From contig NC_042997.1 of NCBI RefSeq assembly GCF_006345805.1, forward strand, positions 65,100,001-65,164,000: a stretch of 64,000 nt of DNA, written 5' to 3'. Below are positions 39,146 to 53,559 of this stretch, in pieces. Under the pieces are notes generated by a model that saw only the letters and a program-made list of their open reading frames with translations, did no database searches and was not told where the DNA came from. Both the position numbers and the translations under genes were made by a program. Source of the DNA: Octopus sinensis. Its lineage: Eukaryota. The stretch's first letter is position 1; every line of letters begins with the position of its first letter.

Positions 39146-40485
39146 CTATATTGCTCTTCGTTTCTCCGATCTCTTGTGGTAAAAAAGCACCGGAGTCGTT
39201 TGTCGTCTGTCAAGTCACAAGAAGGACCTCAGACAGGTAATACTTTGCTTAAGATGTGCGCTGTGCTCAATAAGGCTGCTTTTTGCAAGACATCAATCCT
39301 GCACGCGATTTCCAGTTCCTTCATGAAGCCCTGAAGTTTCAATGGGACTGAGTCTAACGCTCCGATCACCATTGGTATCACCTTTACATTATCCCCTCTT
39401 ATTCCATTCAGTCTTGCCATTTCCACTTTCAATTCGGAGTACTTGGTGATTTTTTCAATCTCTTTACTAACAACATTCATGTCATTTGGTATGGCTACAT
39501 CAATGATCTGACATTATTTGTCTCTCTTACTCAATATAATAATATCCGGCCGATGGTGTTCCATTACACGATCCGCCTGGAAATCATAGTCCCAGAGTAC
39601 CATTACTTTTCCATCCTCCTACATATCTTTACTTGGTACACGCTCCTACCAGTTCTATGTTACTCCATATTGGTATTTACGGCATAAGACTCAATAAAGA
39701 TACACACACACACCTTGTGTGTGTTTGTATCCTTTTTGTGCAAGGCTTTCACATCCACTCTCCGAGTGGGTCACATTTTTTACACTCCACAGAGTTTGCA
39801 TTTCTGGGTGTCAGAAGTTTTATAGATGTTATACTTCATTGAATTGGTAGCGAGAGCTTGGTCTTGTGCAACAATGATTAGGCGTTCGGTGGTACGCTTC
39901 AAATCACCTAGCTCAGGCCATGAATCCGATGCTGTATTATCCTTAACATCTTGTGTATTCCTTTCAAACTGTCTATGCATTCTCATTTCAAGAAGGTTTT
40001 CTTTTCTTTCTCCTCAGCTCTTTGGTTAAATTCTGCCTTGCCCATCATTTCCTCTGCATTTACACGCATATCTTTCTCGGCATATTGCAGCAGGTTTTCA
40101 AAACTATCAAATACTCAGCAAGCGTTCTCCTTTCACTCCTCGTACAATGGTCTATACTAATTAGTCCTCTGCCACCATTTTGACTTTTCATGCATAGTCT
40201 GTTTACGTTTGCTTCAGGGTGTAGCGCCCCATGCAGCGTCATCAACTTTCTCGTCCTTCCTTCCAGTGTTGATATTTTCTCCTTTGTCCATTTGAGGATA
40301 AACGCACTTTATCTGACCACCGCAACTGCCCAGATATTCAATGTGGTAATCAAATTTTTGGCATTCTAGTTGGATTTTTAACACCATATTCACACTGTTT
40401 TGATTCGCTTCGCTGACCTTGACATTCATTTCTTTGTGCAGAATGTCATCCAACTCGAAAATTCCTAAATATCTAAACCCCCTAA
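39146..40485 (-). mobile_element. R4/Dong LINE copy 4, 5'-truncated and decayed
   Basis: GFRYLGIFELDDILHKEM, HGALHPEANVNRL, IIVAQDQALATN, CKLC, EKITKYSEL..IPMVIGAL..LQKAALLSTAHILSKVL. Confidence 0.88.
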
Positions 40486-41226
40486 ACCCATGTTTTTGAG
40501 TATGATGACCTAATTACATACACCAAAGTAACTAATGTTTTTATTACTGACCTTCCCTGTTTTCGGCCATCGCTTATCCTTTCTTGTACTGAATGCCTCT
40601 TCTCCCTATTCTTTCTCTTCCTTCCCCTCCACCTTTGCTTTCTTTGTGTTCCTTTTAGCCCTCTTTTTCTAACTCATTGCTTTTCTCCCCACCACATTTC
40701 TCTTTATCCCTCTTCCACCCAACCTGTACTTGTTGCCTATTTTCCTTCCCATTCCCATGTGTGTATCATTATTTCAGTGCTCTATTTAGTTATAACCAGA
40801 ACAAAATGACTGACGAGAGCAGCATCAATTGTCCAGGTCGTTCATTTTTTCTTCACCGATCAATGGCCGATTGACTAAACCAATCAATAAAGAACCCATA
40901 ATGCTTACTGGCAGCAGCTGTAAGTCAAGTTTATTACAATGAAAAGTATGTAATGAGCAATATTTATTGCTTTCCTGTGTGTAAAAAAAAAACAGTATAA
41001 CTAAGAATTCGATCTAGGATTTACAATATAAGATTATGAAGTGTAACTTCGGACTCTACCACCAACATACGCGGGGTTCTTTACTGATATATACAATATT
41101 GTTAGCCTGATGTACTAACGGAGATTATAAAGTATTTTGCCCAGATTCATAATCCCAGGTTGTTAATTCTCTCTCTGTCTCTCTCCCTCTTTCTCTCTCT
41201 CCATAACTATATATATTTTTTTTTTC

Positions 41227-42763
41227 AGCAAAACAATCAAGATTCAAGTGAATTCCAATGAATTCAAATGAATGCGGTACTTAACTTAGATGCACCAGAA
41301 ATCTTTATGGTGTTAACCATAAAATAATGTGGGGTGATTATAAACAAGAAAAAAGCAACAAGAATGGATTAGTTGTTCAGTACAATTTTTTCATACGAAG
41401 AACAGATTTATTTAAAACTGCAAATATTGCAGCAAATACAAGTGTCCCGTATTCATCAGCCAAAACACATATGAGTTTTCCAAACATCCTAGGGAGTGAG
41501 GCTACACTCATGAAGTATCGAAGAGAGTTCTATGAAAAGCAAAGTTAGGTTGTAAGCAGACTTAAAATGTTTTCTAATGAGGCACAGTTTTATAAAAGGT
41601 TTTTATAAAGATTGTTAGCTTCTCAGAAAAGGTAAATCCATCCATAATAATGCAGATGTAATTTCCTGATATATGAGGAAAAGATGTTGATCACACATCT
41701 ATTCATTTCACAAACTAAGTTGTTGGAAGAAGAGATTGGCTATCGTGGCTAAAAGAAGTCGCAAAAGAAGTCAGTGAAGCAGAAGCCGCCCAAATAAGGA
41801 CATTATGGGAGGAAGGGGTTAGGGGAATAAGACGGCGTAAGCACACTACCTACAAAGGTTAGTTTATGTCTGTGGTGACAGAAAATCTAGGTCAGTGTTG
41901 CAGGAATTTAAGATTTATAAGGGAACATTATTTTTGACCAGCAAACAGCTATTAACTGCCACTCCTACAGAGTTAATAGCAGGATAAAGAATATAAAGAG
42001 ATCAAAGGAAAGAATTAAAGGGGTCAAAAGCTATCAGTAGAGGAAGATACAGTAAGAAATTTAAGGGCAACACTAGAACAGAAGGTTATTTATTTATTAT
42101 TGTTTCTATTTTTACTAATGTTTATCTATTGTAAGACAGAATTTAGGTCAATACCTAGAGGTCAGATAATTTCTATAGTAAATGGTGTGAGAGTTTTGCT
42201 TATTCAAAATATAGTGAAAATTCCTTATATTATTATTAAGGGAGTAGTATTACCTATTAAATTTAGAATGGAATTAGGAAGCATTAGCAATTTATTTGGT
42301 TTAAGTTAGGTTAATTAAATTGACTATATAGTCAATTAAAACTTGGCATCGTACAAATACTATTTGTTTTTTTTTTGTGTTTTAAACAGGTACAGTTAGA
42401 AAGAAAGAACACCAGTGGAAGAGCTCACAGATTTCTATTTAAAATATATTAGAGCTTTGCTTTTTTAGTAAATACAAGATAGACCCAACTCTATACAATT
42501 ATTCTATACGATTTTTATTTAAAATATTTAAGAGTCTTAATTTTTGAGTGAATACAAGACTATTATTTAATTCAATACGGTTATTTAATAAATTTTTATT
42601 TTTCTATGCTTTAAAATTTCATATGTGTCCATGGAGCAGAGTTGGCAACCTACCCTGTTATTTATATAAGGTATCGGCCTTCTAACTATTTCCTATGTGT
42701 TTTGGCTAATGAATACGGGGCAATTGTACTGAACAACTAATCCGTTCTTGTTGCGTTTTTCTT

Positions 42764-42770
<7 letters not shown>
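41227..42770. mobile_element. Long copy of the unclassified asymmetric-inverted-repeat element
   Basis: 41339-41388 and 41442-41470 are inverted relative to 42692-42770. 41240-41345 is homologous to 8950-9060 (reverse). Hairpin TGAATTC-CAAT-GAATTCA near the left end; TA-rich flanks. Confidence 0.55.
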
Positions 42771-42804
<34 letters not shown>

Positions 42805-44358
42805 ATAATATGTATTTACTGAGATATGTAGATACATACACACACACGCGCACATACACAGACATCCATGTATGCATACAGTTGGTGGTACTTTTAGGTT
42901 TTATATTTATTATTCTTTCATTTGCTTTTGGTTTGTTTTAATTTTTGTGTTTTGCCATTTCTGGTTCTGTTCTGTAATTGTTGAATGGTGCATATTTGTG
43001 CTCTTCTTAAGCATTGTTTCTCATCGCCATTACTAAATACAATGGAAGAGCAACACTGTTAGGCATCATTCATCAACAAATACATCAACTAAATTTCACT
43101 AAAGATGATATACTATTATTAGAAACTGGAAGAGAATATTCAACGATGAAGACTGACAAATACATTTTCAGAAAGAACATAAAGTAATAGTAGCTTGTCT
43201 TCCCAAGAAAATCAGTCCCTAATGTGAGACGCTTACTTCATTCAGTAATATCAAAAAAGAAGTAAATAGATGAAGCGAGAGATAAAGAGAGATAGAGCGA
43301 GAAACGGGATGAAGAAAAAATCCTCTCAGAAAGACTTACGTATCTCTTAATAGTTATATATTATATATAGTTATATAGTTATATGTTATATATTTTATAA
43401 TAGTTATATGTTATATATTTTATATGGTTTTGCTCTCAAAGTATATTAAATTATAATGACTAAAGCTATTAATCCTCTCGTAAGTGTGATGCAGCCGACT
43501 CCATAGTAGATCGGTCACCAATACATTTTGAATTCACTATTCTTCATTTGGAAGAACTAAATTTCACATCCAAGGAAAAACGGTTTTAGTAGCTGTTACT
43601 GTTTGCTCCAACATTGTTAGGTTTGGCGAAGTTTGCGACCAAGTAAGGACTCTTTGAGTGGCGCATTCTATATATTTACAATAAAATAGCACATAGTGAA
43701 TACATCTCCTGTGCAAACTTCATTTTCATTTAGCTTAGCTTGAAATTCTTCGGCCAACGGACACTGAGTATCTTATGTATCAATGAGCTCTCGCTCAGCA
43801 CCATCAACAACCACATTTACATACACACATCGAATTATAGATGTAAGTATGACAATTAATTCATTCGTTTGAAATACAAGTGTGTCGGCAATGAGAGGAT
43901 GCAATATTACACATTTGAATTATGTCAGCTTTAATATAACTATATTCTAAGATTGATTGATCGCAACCTGCAAATACTTCAGACAAAATAAAAGGGTGAT
44001 CTGACATGTTTACTTTGCAGAAAGCCATTAGTGATAACGATAAGAACAGAAAAGGAATTCAACAGATATTGCATGAGTTTATAGCAAACTACTTCGCTCA
44101 CACTTAAATGAATAATAATCTATTCGAATCAGTATCATAATGCAATCATATAGCCATAGGGCTATTTGGGATATATATATATACATACTTACATACCTAA
44201 ATACATACACTTATATATGAATGTATGTATCTATATGTTTATGTATATATTCATGTATGTATGCATGTATGTGTCTATACATGTATGCACGTGTACGTCC
44301 GCATGTAAATATGTATATATATACATGTAATACATGTATGTATATATGTATGTGTATG

Positions 44359-44397
<39 letters not shown>

Positions 44398-45019
44398 ATT
44401 TGTATATATATGTATAAATTTAGATGCATATATATTAGTGTGAGGCTTGCGTGGTAATGTGGTGATTGTGTGGGGGTTTGCATGTGGGTGGGGGTAGCTG
44501 CGTGTAAGAATATATTTATACGTGTGATCAAGTTCGAGCTTATTTTAAGGATGGAAGTTGAGAGAGCGATGAAGTGAAGGTAAAACGATCTCTTTAAGCA
44601 GACACTATAAAATTGGTTTTAAATGAAAACTTTAACCAAAAGCTTCAGAAAAAAATTAACTTGCTTTGGACAATGATGTATATATTATTTTGCACAAGCT
44701 TCTAATAACATTTTAATAACGAATAGTGTGAGGAAATCCAAAATCTATACAGAAAAACTGGCCTATTGCCGTCAAACACAACATTATTATCATCTTTTTA
44801 AATGACTGTCTGCTGAAAGTAGTTGAGGCATATTAAATGGTTATGTCATGAATTGTGTCCAATATAATATATAGAGTATGTGTCCAATTAGACTACTAAA
44901 TTTTTAAACTAAAAGCGTTTTATATAATTGTCATTTACAATAGAAATATTTTTTCTTTCAGTTAAGAAGAGGTACTTACAGCTATGTTTGACGGAGCTGC
45001 TGTTGCTAGCAAATTATTG

Positions 45020-45155
45020 ATTTCAAATTTTTGCACAAGGCCAGCAATTTCGAAGGAAGGTATAAGTCGATTTCAATGACCCCAGTGTTAAACCGCTACT
45101 TATTTTGTCGACACCGATACAATGAAAGGTAAAATCGACCTCGGCGGAAATTGAA
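45020..45155 (-). mobile_element. SINE family B fragment
   Basis: gcacaaggccagcaatttcg..gaccccagtg..aaaatcgacctcggcggaaattgaa. Confidence 0.75.
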
Positions 45156-46227
45156 TATAACAAAATTATTAGCTACACATGGCAAAGATAGCTGGGGGCA
45201 ATATCCCCGATAAAGTGATACGGTCTTCACACCTATATACATCCATTTATATAAACCTGTAAGATTATATACAAAAATCAAGCATTAGACTATATTATGA
45301 CATAAGCATTGAAAATTCATTTAGGTTCATAACCTGGGATTTATTCATATCACAAAAGAAATAATTTCTACATGAACAAATGTTTAACGTTGATATTATT
45401 GTTGAACATACCTGGATAGACATGATATATCTCCAGCTTGATATTTGTGCTATTTTGAATTTATCACGGTATATTATGAATATGAAGATCTGACAGCAAG
45501 TTTGTTCGATGAAAGCTGGTTTAGTGTAAAACAAAACGAAAAAGAAAACAAAGCGAGAAAACTAGACCAGAACATTGAGATAGTTGTTTCTGGAAACTTG
45601 AATTGTAGAGAGACCAGACGAGAAAATAACGACAATAATGTTCTGACATTCATAATGGAAAATGTTGTAACATAGGCGAAAAATTACCTGCACTCAATTC
45701 AATCGCAAACAATCCCCAAGTATCTTCAGCTTAAAAATACAAGCAAAAAGTAAATGAAAAATTATTAGCAGCAATTTTAAGCAAAGAATGCCAAATCTGA
45801 AATTATTGGATGCACTATAAGCAACAATAAAAGAATGCCAAGTAGGACTCGAAACAAAAAATAAAAAAGAAATATAAATATAACAAGTAATAAAGACGAA
45901 CACGTTGAGACCGACGCATCAATTTAATATTGGCAAATCCTAAACCGAAAGTAAAGTATAACTGACATACCATATGGAAGAACCAGAAAAGAAAAGAATG
46001 CTCTGTTCTGGAGTTACTAACATAAATTTGCTATCATGCAAATATTCAATAAAGAAGCCACCAGGGGGATAATATTCAGTGATCGTGTGTCTTCGTGTGT
46101 TCGATCTTTACATACATATATTCATTTGTCATTTTTAGTAAATTTGCATCAGTATAAATATTTAAGTATTAAGCTCCTTATGAATTAATATGTTCTGGTT
46201 CCATTTGTTTTATCTTACCAAACGACA

Positions 46228-46594
46228 TTATCTGCTGTAAAATTACTGACTCCACGGGTCATCGCCCAAGCAGGTACTGCTTGTACGGTGGTATCAATTA
46301 TTTTCCTCCACGGTTGATACTGGTCAAAGTATAAGAGAATGGCTCCGAATGGTTTAGAATACGATCTGGCATTTCCTCATATTCGAGTTGTGTATCCTGG
46401 AGATTCTGCCAGGCCCTACACCCTTATGATGAAACAATAAAGTACGGTATAGTTCAATCGTCAGAGGATCAGTCAAATTGTTGCTGGAAATGAATCTGTT
46501 ACTCCAGTTTGTCACAAGATCTCCGAACTAATTGACCATAAGGTAAAATATGGTACACCTTTCAACAGGATGATGACTGGTGGGTTTTCTATGG
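46228..46594 (+). pseudogene. LYPLAL1: Lysophospholipase-like 1 (acyl-protein thioesterase family) N-terminal fragment, pseudogenised
   Basis: Translation across two frameshifts and two stops: SIIFLHG-DTGQSIREWL..DLAFPHIRVVYP..RPYTLM..STV*FNR..I..CHKISELIDHKVKYG..NRMMTGGFSMG. This matches the LYPLAL1 motifs IFLHGSGD, LTFQHIKIIYP, VWFDR and GGFSMG (nucleophile elbow). It ends at ATGG|GTAATT, a possible splice donor. Confidence 0.85.
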
Positions 46595-47059
46595 GTAATT
46601 GTCACGATAAATTGTTAAAGTTTAATTCAATAATGTTTACATTAAATATTTACACGATTATGGACTATCCATTAATGGCTGGACAGCAATTATGAAATAC
46701 TTCTATATATTTATCGAAAAAAATTGTTCAATATATTTAAAAATTCTCAGCTCAATTGCGCTGTTAATAGCCTTACTAGTAGTAACACTACTAACACAAA
46801 CCTGTAAGTAAACAAATATATGCACGAAAAGCAAGCATTCGAATTTTACATTAAAGAAAAACATTCATAGATACACACATGCACATAGAAATATACACAC
46901 ACATAAGCATGCATGTATATATGTGTATAGCTATGCATGTATGCATATCATTTTTCAGTTTTATTTCAAGATTTACTGCCAATAGAGAAGGAGCCGGATT
47001 CTAACCTAGATTCAAGGCTCCTTCAGTGGAATTCCAACATCAACAACAGGGTATTTTTG

Positions 47060-47093
<34 letters not shown>

Positions 47094-47187
47094 TGTATGT
47101 ATGTATACGTGAAGATTTGTATGTCTTGCTTTAGGTATGTATTCTTATATAGTTACATATTTAAACAGGCTCATATATATTTAAATG

Positions 47188-47730
47188 ATAAACTTCTGTA
47201 AAGTTTTACAGATTTTTACAGTTCCAGTGATGGATTGGATCTGTAGTCTTCGAAATAGCTTTCTCCTTTCTGATTCCGAGAAGCTTAAGTTCTCAAGATT
47301 GGTATTTCCCCAGTGTGTTACATATCCCAGGGTCCCAATAATTACGGGTATAAATCTGAACTTGTAATCTGGATAGAGTAACCGCAGATTTCACAATAGT
47401 TCAGAGTAGGTATTCTCCTTTCACTGATATTCAGCTTTATGTTAACATCAGCTGGGCAGGTAATTTCTACAACTGTGCACAGTTTCTCTTCTCTATCCCA
47501 AATCATTATATCAGGTCTGTTGTGCTTACATTTTCTTAAGGTCTTCACTGGGTCATTCCGCCAGTACTCCTTTTTTATTATGAGTGACTATGGCTTCAAC
47601 CATACTGTGGGTTCTTATTTCTTTGTTCTCGGGGTTATCCTTCCTACGGATTTCATTATAGAGTGTTCCAGCTACAACATCGTATTTCATCGGTTGATAA
47701 TACCATGGTGACATTTTAGGACAACTGTTT
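47188..47730 (-). mobile_element. RLE-type LINE (R4-like) 3' fragment
   Basis: INSCPKM..HNRPDIMIWD..VVEITCPADVNI..LYPDYKFRFIPVIIGTLGY..GTVKICKT; same family as the 12.6 kb fragment. Confidence 0.75.
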
Positions 47731-48898
47731 ATGACGTTGGTGATAATATATGTATATATGTATGAATGTACGTATGCGTGTGTGTATGTATGCACGTAGT
47801 GCATATGTATATTAGTATATATGTATGTATGTGTGTGTATATATGTGTATATGTGTATATGTATGTATGAATTGATGGATGAATGAATGGATACATGTAT
47901 GTATGTGCAAATATTAGAATAAGGCGAATAACTTTAAGCAATACGGGGATGTATTCTACGCCAGTTTCGACCATAACCATTTATTTCGCTGGTCATCCGT
48001 TATTTGTGTATGCATATGTGTGTGCATGTATGTATGTATGTTTGTATGTATATTTAATCACACCTGAGGAAGAGAAACAACCGTCTTCAGAAACCAGAAT
48101 ATATAATATTTTATACGTTAAGCAAGGCTACACCACGCTACCTATTTTCAATGATGTATACTTACGGACACAAATATACACACGCATTCATACACAAGTG
48201 TGCATGATCAAATATGCATCAACGATATCAATCTTTAAACACTCTCTATCTATATTTTATCTGCTACTACTCAATTTTAAATCGTCATAACTCAAATTTG
48301 TTTTCATATCTGCATTGAGAAATTAACACGATTCGTAGTTCACACTTGTTAAAAATACTAAATATTTCCGAAAGGTATATCAGATATCTGTCAGATATAT
48401 TTATATACCGGAACTGGTTTTGATTACCGGTTAATCTCTAGTCATATTGTAATTTCAAATTTTTTTCTCTTTCATTCTCCGGCGCAATTTATGTAACTTA
48501 TTTGTACTTCTTTTTTCTTGTATCTATTGGAATAGATGGTTCTGTTAGGAATAGAAGTTTACCGTTGACCCAAAGTAACTTTGCACCATATACCAGTGCT
48601 TTAGTAAGTCACTAAGGAGCGGGACAATATGTAATATTATTTCTGTTGCGTTGCGTATGCAGATTGGCCTTAACATGCGATTCTTATAATAATTTTGGGT
48701 ATAGAAGTGGCGGTAATTTTGGTATAGGTATAATTAACCCTTACTTAACAGCGACATCTATGCATTTTTATTACATTCTGGCCGAATCGAACGTAAATAT
48801 GTGATCGCTGTTGATTTACACCACCGAAGAACGTCTCATTACTTTAGTTGACGTGTGTTCATAACACGTGTGATGCATCGGTTCACTGATGTAAGTGG

Positions 48899-48951
48899 AC
48901 TCCGAGACACTGCGTTGTTTCGGTCTCCTTGAGTGCCTCTTCAGTCGAATC
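48899..48951 (-). ncRNA. Minimal type I hammerhead ribozyme motif, stand-alone
   Basis: Minus strand TTCGA-CTGAAGA-GG(cactcaaggaga)CC-GAAACA(acgcag)TGTC-TCGGA: stem I TTCGA/TCGGA, canonical core, G10.1-C11.1 pair, stem III ACA/TGT, GUC cleavage triplet. Confidence 0.7.
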
Positions 48952-49802
48952 TACTCCACGATGGGACAGATACTTATATTTATTACACACTTGTGAGTGA
49001 GAACACTTTGAAATATTTTTGGTATCTAACATATGTCAGATACTGCGAGCGCTGCTTCTGATTGGTCAATCCATGGTGATGACCCGAGGTCACGGTGACG
49101 GCACTACTTTTGTCATTCATAAGTTACAACTAAACTTCATTCATTACTTTCACGAGCAGGTAGAATGTAGCCATGTAATTAAACAAACATACTATCTTTT
49201 TTATACCATATATCACTTAAAGTCATATACACATAAAATATAAACATTTCTGGTGGTAATTTCTTGAACGTGAACTTGAATGTTAACAAAATGTTAAACA
49301 GTCATCAGTTATCAGTCATTTCACCTGAAAACTTTCGCTCGTTAGATACGTTTACAATCCACTCGTTGTAATAAATACGGTATCCATAGGGAACTCGTTT
49401 GGTATTCTCTATATGTCTGCCAAAACGTTACAGAGGTAAACCGCTGGATCATGTGTGCTAGGAAGACATCGCTGAACGCTGCACACGTTCTGTAATGGCG
49501 AAAAGAAAGAACAATTAGATATTCACGTTCGAATCTATGTATTGAGAATTCATAGATACGTTATTGCTTGGAATGTCACGTATGTATATATATACATCTG
49601 TCTATATACGTATACGTGCATAAATATATATGCGTGTGTGTGTGTGTGTATTTATAAGAGGTAAGAAAGCATATATGAATGGATGAAATCGATTTATCAT
49701 TTACGCTATTCATGAAACTAATGATACAAATGGAAAGTACACCAATAAATATTTTACATTTTTAATGCAAGGTTACTTTTATTATTATGGTCATTACACT
49801 TC

Positions 49803-49860
<58 letters not shown>

Positions 49861-49918
49861 GCTATTATTATTATTACTACTACTACTACACTACTACTAC
49901 TACTACTACTACTACTAT

Positions 49919-49967
<49 letters not shown>

Positions 49968-49990
49968 GCTACTACTACTACTACTACTAC
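49803..49990. repeat. Graded (TTA)n to (CTA)n microsatellite
   Basis: Direct reading. Confidence 0.95.
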
Positions 49991-50388
49991 CTCCCCCTTA
50001 AAGAAGGCGGAGGTATTGTTTTCAGCTGTGTGTGTTAGTTTGTTGGTTGGTTGAGTGGTTGTTTCTTTGTACGCAGACAAGATACCTCAAGAACCCGTGG
50101 ATGGACTTGAATGAAACTTTCAAGGACGTTTAGCCTTGTGAATAGGAGGACTTGATTTGATTTGGGGATCGATCCAGTACCGGACAAGGGATCTGAATTC
50201 TTTTGCCTGCTTTTTTTACTTTTTAATTAATTTTTGAGAGCGGTCAGGTTCATTTTTAGTATTCTCGTATGTAAGAACAGTCGAGTTTATTTCAGATATT
50301 CTCATTTTAAAAATCATCTCTGGTTAATCGTTGAGAGGACGTTGGTGTTTCTTTCGCGGAGGTTTGCGCTCTCTGAGTACTCATATTA
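49989..50388 (+). mobile_element. Non-autonomous Helentron-associated (HINE/DINE-1-like) element
   Basis: 5' ACCTCCCC followed by inverted GGCGGAGGT, a (GTTG/GT)-rich tract, then 3' GCGGAGGTTTGCGCTCTCTGAGTACTC. This is the sub-TIR/IR/3'-hairpin layout I recall for this class. Confidence 0.6.
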
Positions 50389-50650
50389 TCATCATCATCA
50401 TCATCATCATCATCAGTAGTAGTAGTAGTAGTAGCATAAATTCCGCTTAATAATAATAACAATAATAATGATAATAATAGTAATAGTAATAATAATGATA
50501 ATGATAATGATGATGATGATGATGACGATGATGATGATGATGATGCTGATGATGATGATGATGATGATGGTGGTGGTGATGATCATGATGATGATAATAA
50601 TAATAATGATGATGATGATAATAATAATATTAATAATAATAATAATAAAC
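50385..50650. repeat. Compound (CAT)/(AGT)/(AAT)/(GAT) microsatellite
   Basis: Direct reading. Confidence 0.95.
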
Positions 50651-51339
50651 AAATATTGCAGATGCACTTTGATTTCACTATATATTTGATTTTGCCGATA
50701 TCCACATAAAATAGTCGATACGTAGAGCAACGTTAGAATCCAATACAAACCACTTATTCCACTCTTTTGCATACGGTATAATCGGATGTCTGCTTTTTAC
50801 GTTTCGGTTTCGTAGTTAATAGGATTTGATGTCCTGTTGTTTAAACAAAACCTTCGGATGCTTGGTCACTTTCATCTTTCTCTAAAATGCTTCATGTCTA
50901 CAAACTATATATGTATATGATATTTGGCATTGCTACATACTGTTTTATTTGAATACTATCACACGACACGTAACTATTAATGTATAATGGTGTGTTTACA
51001 TATTGTCACTACTTCATATAAAACATTCCGGAAATTTATTGAAAAATACGTTTTGTTTCTGTAATGTAAAACTACTTTTGTGGACACATATGCTTGAGGT
51101 ATGTAATACTGTTGCAATAAAACGAACCCACAAATGGACATCTATTAAGATATATTACAGAATAATCTATGATTTCTATCCCTTCCATGATATATATTTT
51201 GAGCATTTGTTATCAAACGTTATCAAAACATTGATATATGCATACATACACACACACAGATTCACACAAACACTCTCACACACACACATATATATATGAA
51301 TACATACATACACACACACACAAATATGTATATATATAT

Positions 51340-52696
<1,357 letters not shown>

Positions 52697-52714
52697 TATA
52701 TATATATATAATAT

Positions 52715-52746
<32 letters not shown>

Positions 52747-52794
52747 CAAGCGGAAAAGCCAGCGTTGGGGATTAAATGACATATGTTATTGTTT

Positions 52795-53045
52795 TATTTC
52801 TTTAAGTCATGTGACTGTGGCCATGCTGTACCACCGCCTTTAGTCGAAGAAATCCACCCCAGGTATTATTCTTTGCAAGCCTAGTACTTATTCTATCTAG
52901 CCAAGCGGCTAGGTTAAAGGGTCGTACCACATCAACATCCGTCTTCAAGCGATGATGGAGCTAGAAACAGACTCACACACAAACAAATATATCCATATAT
53001 ACGACAGTCTTCATTCAGTTTCCGCGTACGAATTCCTCTCACAAG
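52795..53045 (-). mobile_element. SINE family A (head-truncated)
   Basis: gactgtggccatgctg..ccgcctttagtcga..caagcctagtacttattctat. Confidence 0.8.
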
Positions 53046-53078
53046 ACATATATATAGACATATATACATATACAAATG

Positions 53079-53130
<52 letters not shown>

Positions 53131-53144
53131 ATATATTATATATG

Positions 53145-53204
<60 letters not shown>

Positions 53205-53264
53205 ATATATATACACATATATATATATATGTATGTATATATGTTATATATATATATATATACT

Positions 53265-53555
53265 CATTACTGTTTAACTCTTTTACTTGCTTCAATCATT
53301 TGACTGCGGCCTCTGGGAGCACCGCCTTTAGTCGAGCAAATCAAAGCAGGATTTATACTTTGTAAGCCAAGTACTTATTCTATTGGTCTCTTTTGCCGAA
53401 CCGCTAGGCTACGGGGACGTAAACACACCTCCATCCGTTGTCAAGTGTTGTTGAGGGGACAAAAACAGACACACAAACGCACACACATATATATACATAT
53501 ACATATATGCGACGGGCTTCTTTTCATTTTCTGTCTCCTAAATCCACTCTCAAGG
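53265..53555 (-). mobile_element. SINE family A, head side interrupted by a Penelope insertion
   Basis: cttttacttgcttcaatcatttgactgcggcc..ccgaaccgctagg..acgggcttct..aaatccactctcaagg. Confidence 0.85.
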
Positions 53556-53559
53556 AATC

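Noticed and set aside
42060-42350. Strand-skewed AT-rich stretch resembling mitochondrial DNA (NUMT)
   Set aside because: Translation with the invertebrate mitochondrial code gave no convincing match to any mt gene and still contained stops
45255-45449. Chain of putative minus-strand micro-exons (HKYQAGDISCLSR-NYFFCDMNKSQ)
   Set aside because: It requires a 44-nt intron and weak splice sites, the next exon hits a stop, and the peptide is unrecognised
46395-46415. TAG at the conserved Trp of LYPLAL1 VWF(D/N)R could be repaired by A-to-I editing
   Set aside because: A second stop at a non-Trp position and two frameshifts remain, so ordinary decay explains it
47950-48100. Hammerhead-like pieces (minus-strand GACC..GGTCGAAAC-TGGC-GTA; plus-strand CTGAGGA-AGAG..TCTTCAGAAAC)
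   Set aside because: The first lacks the CTGA core and stem I; the second lacks a GUH site and stem I. At most these are fossils.
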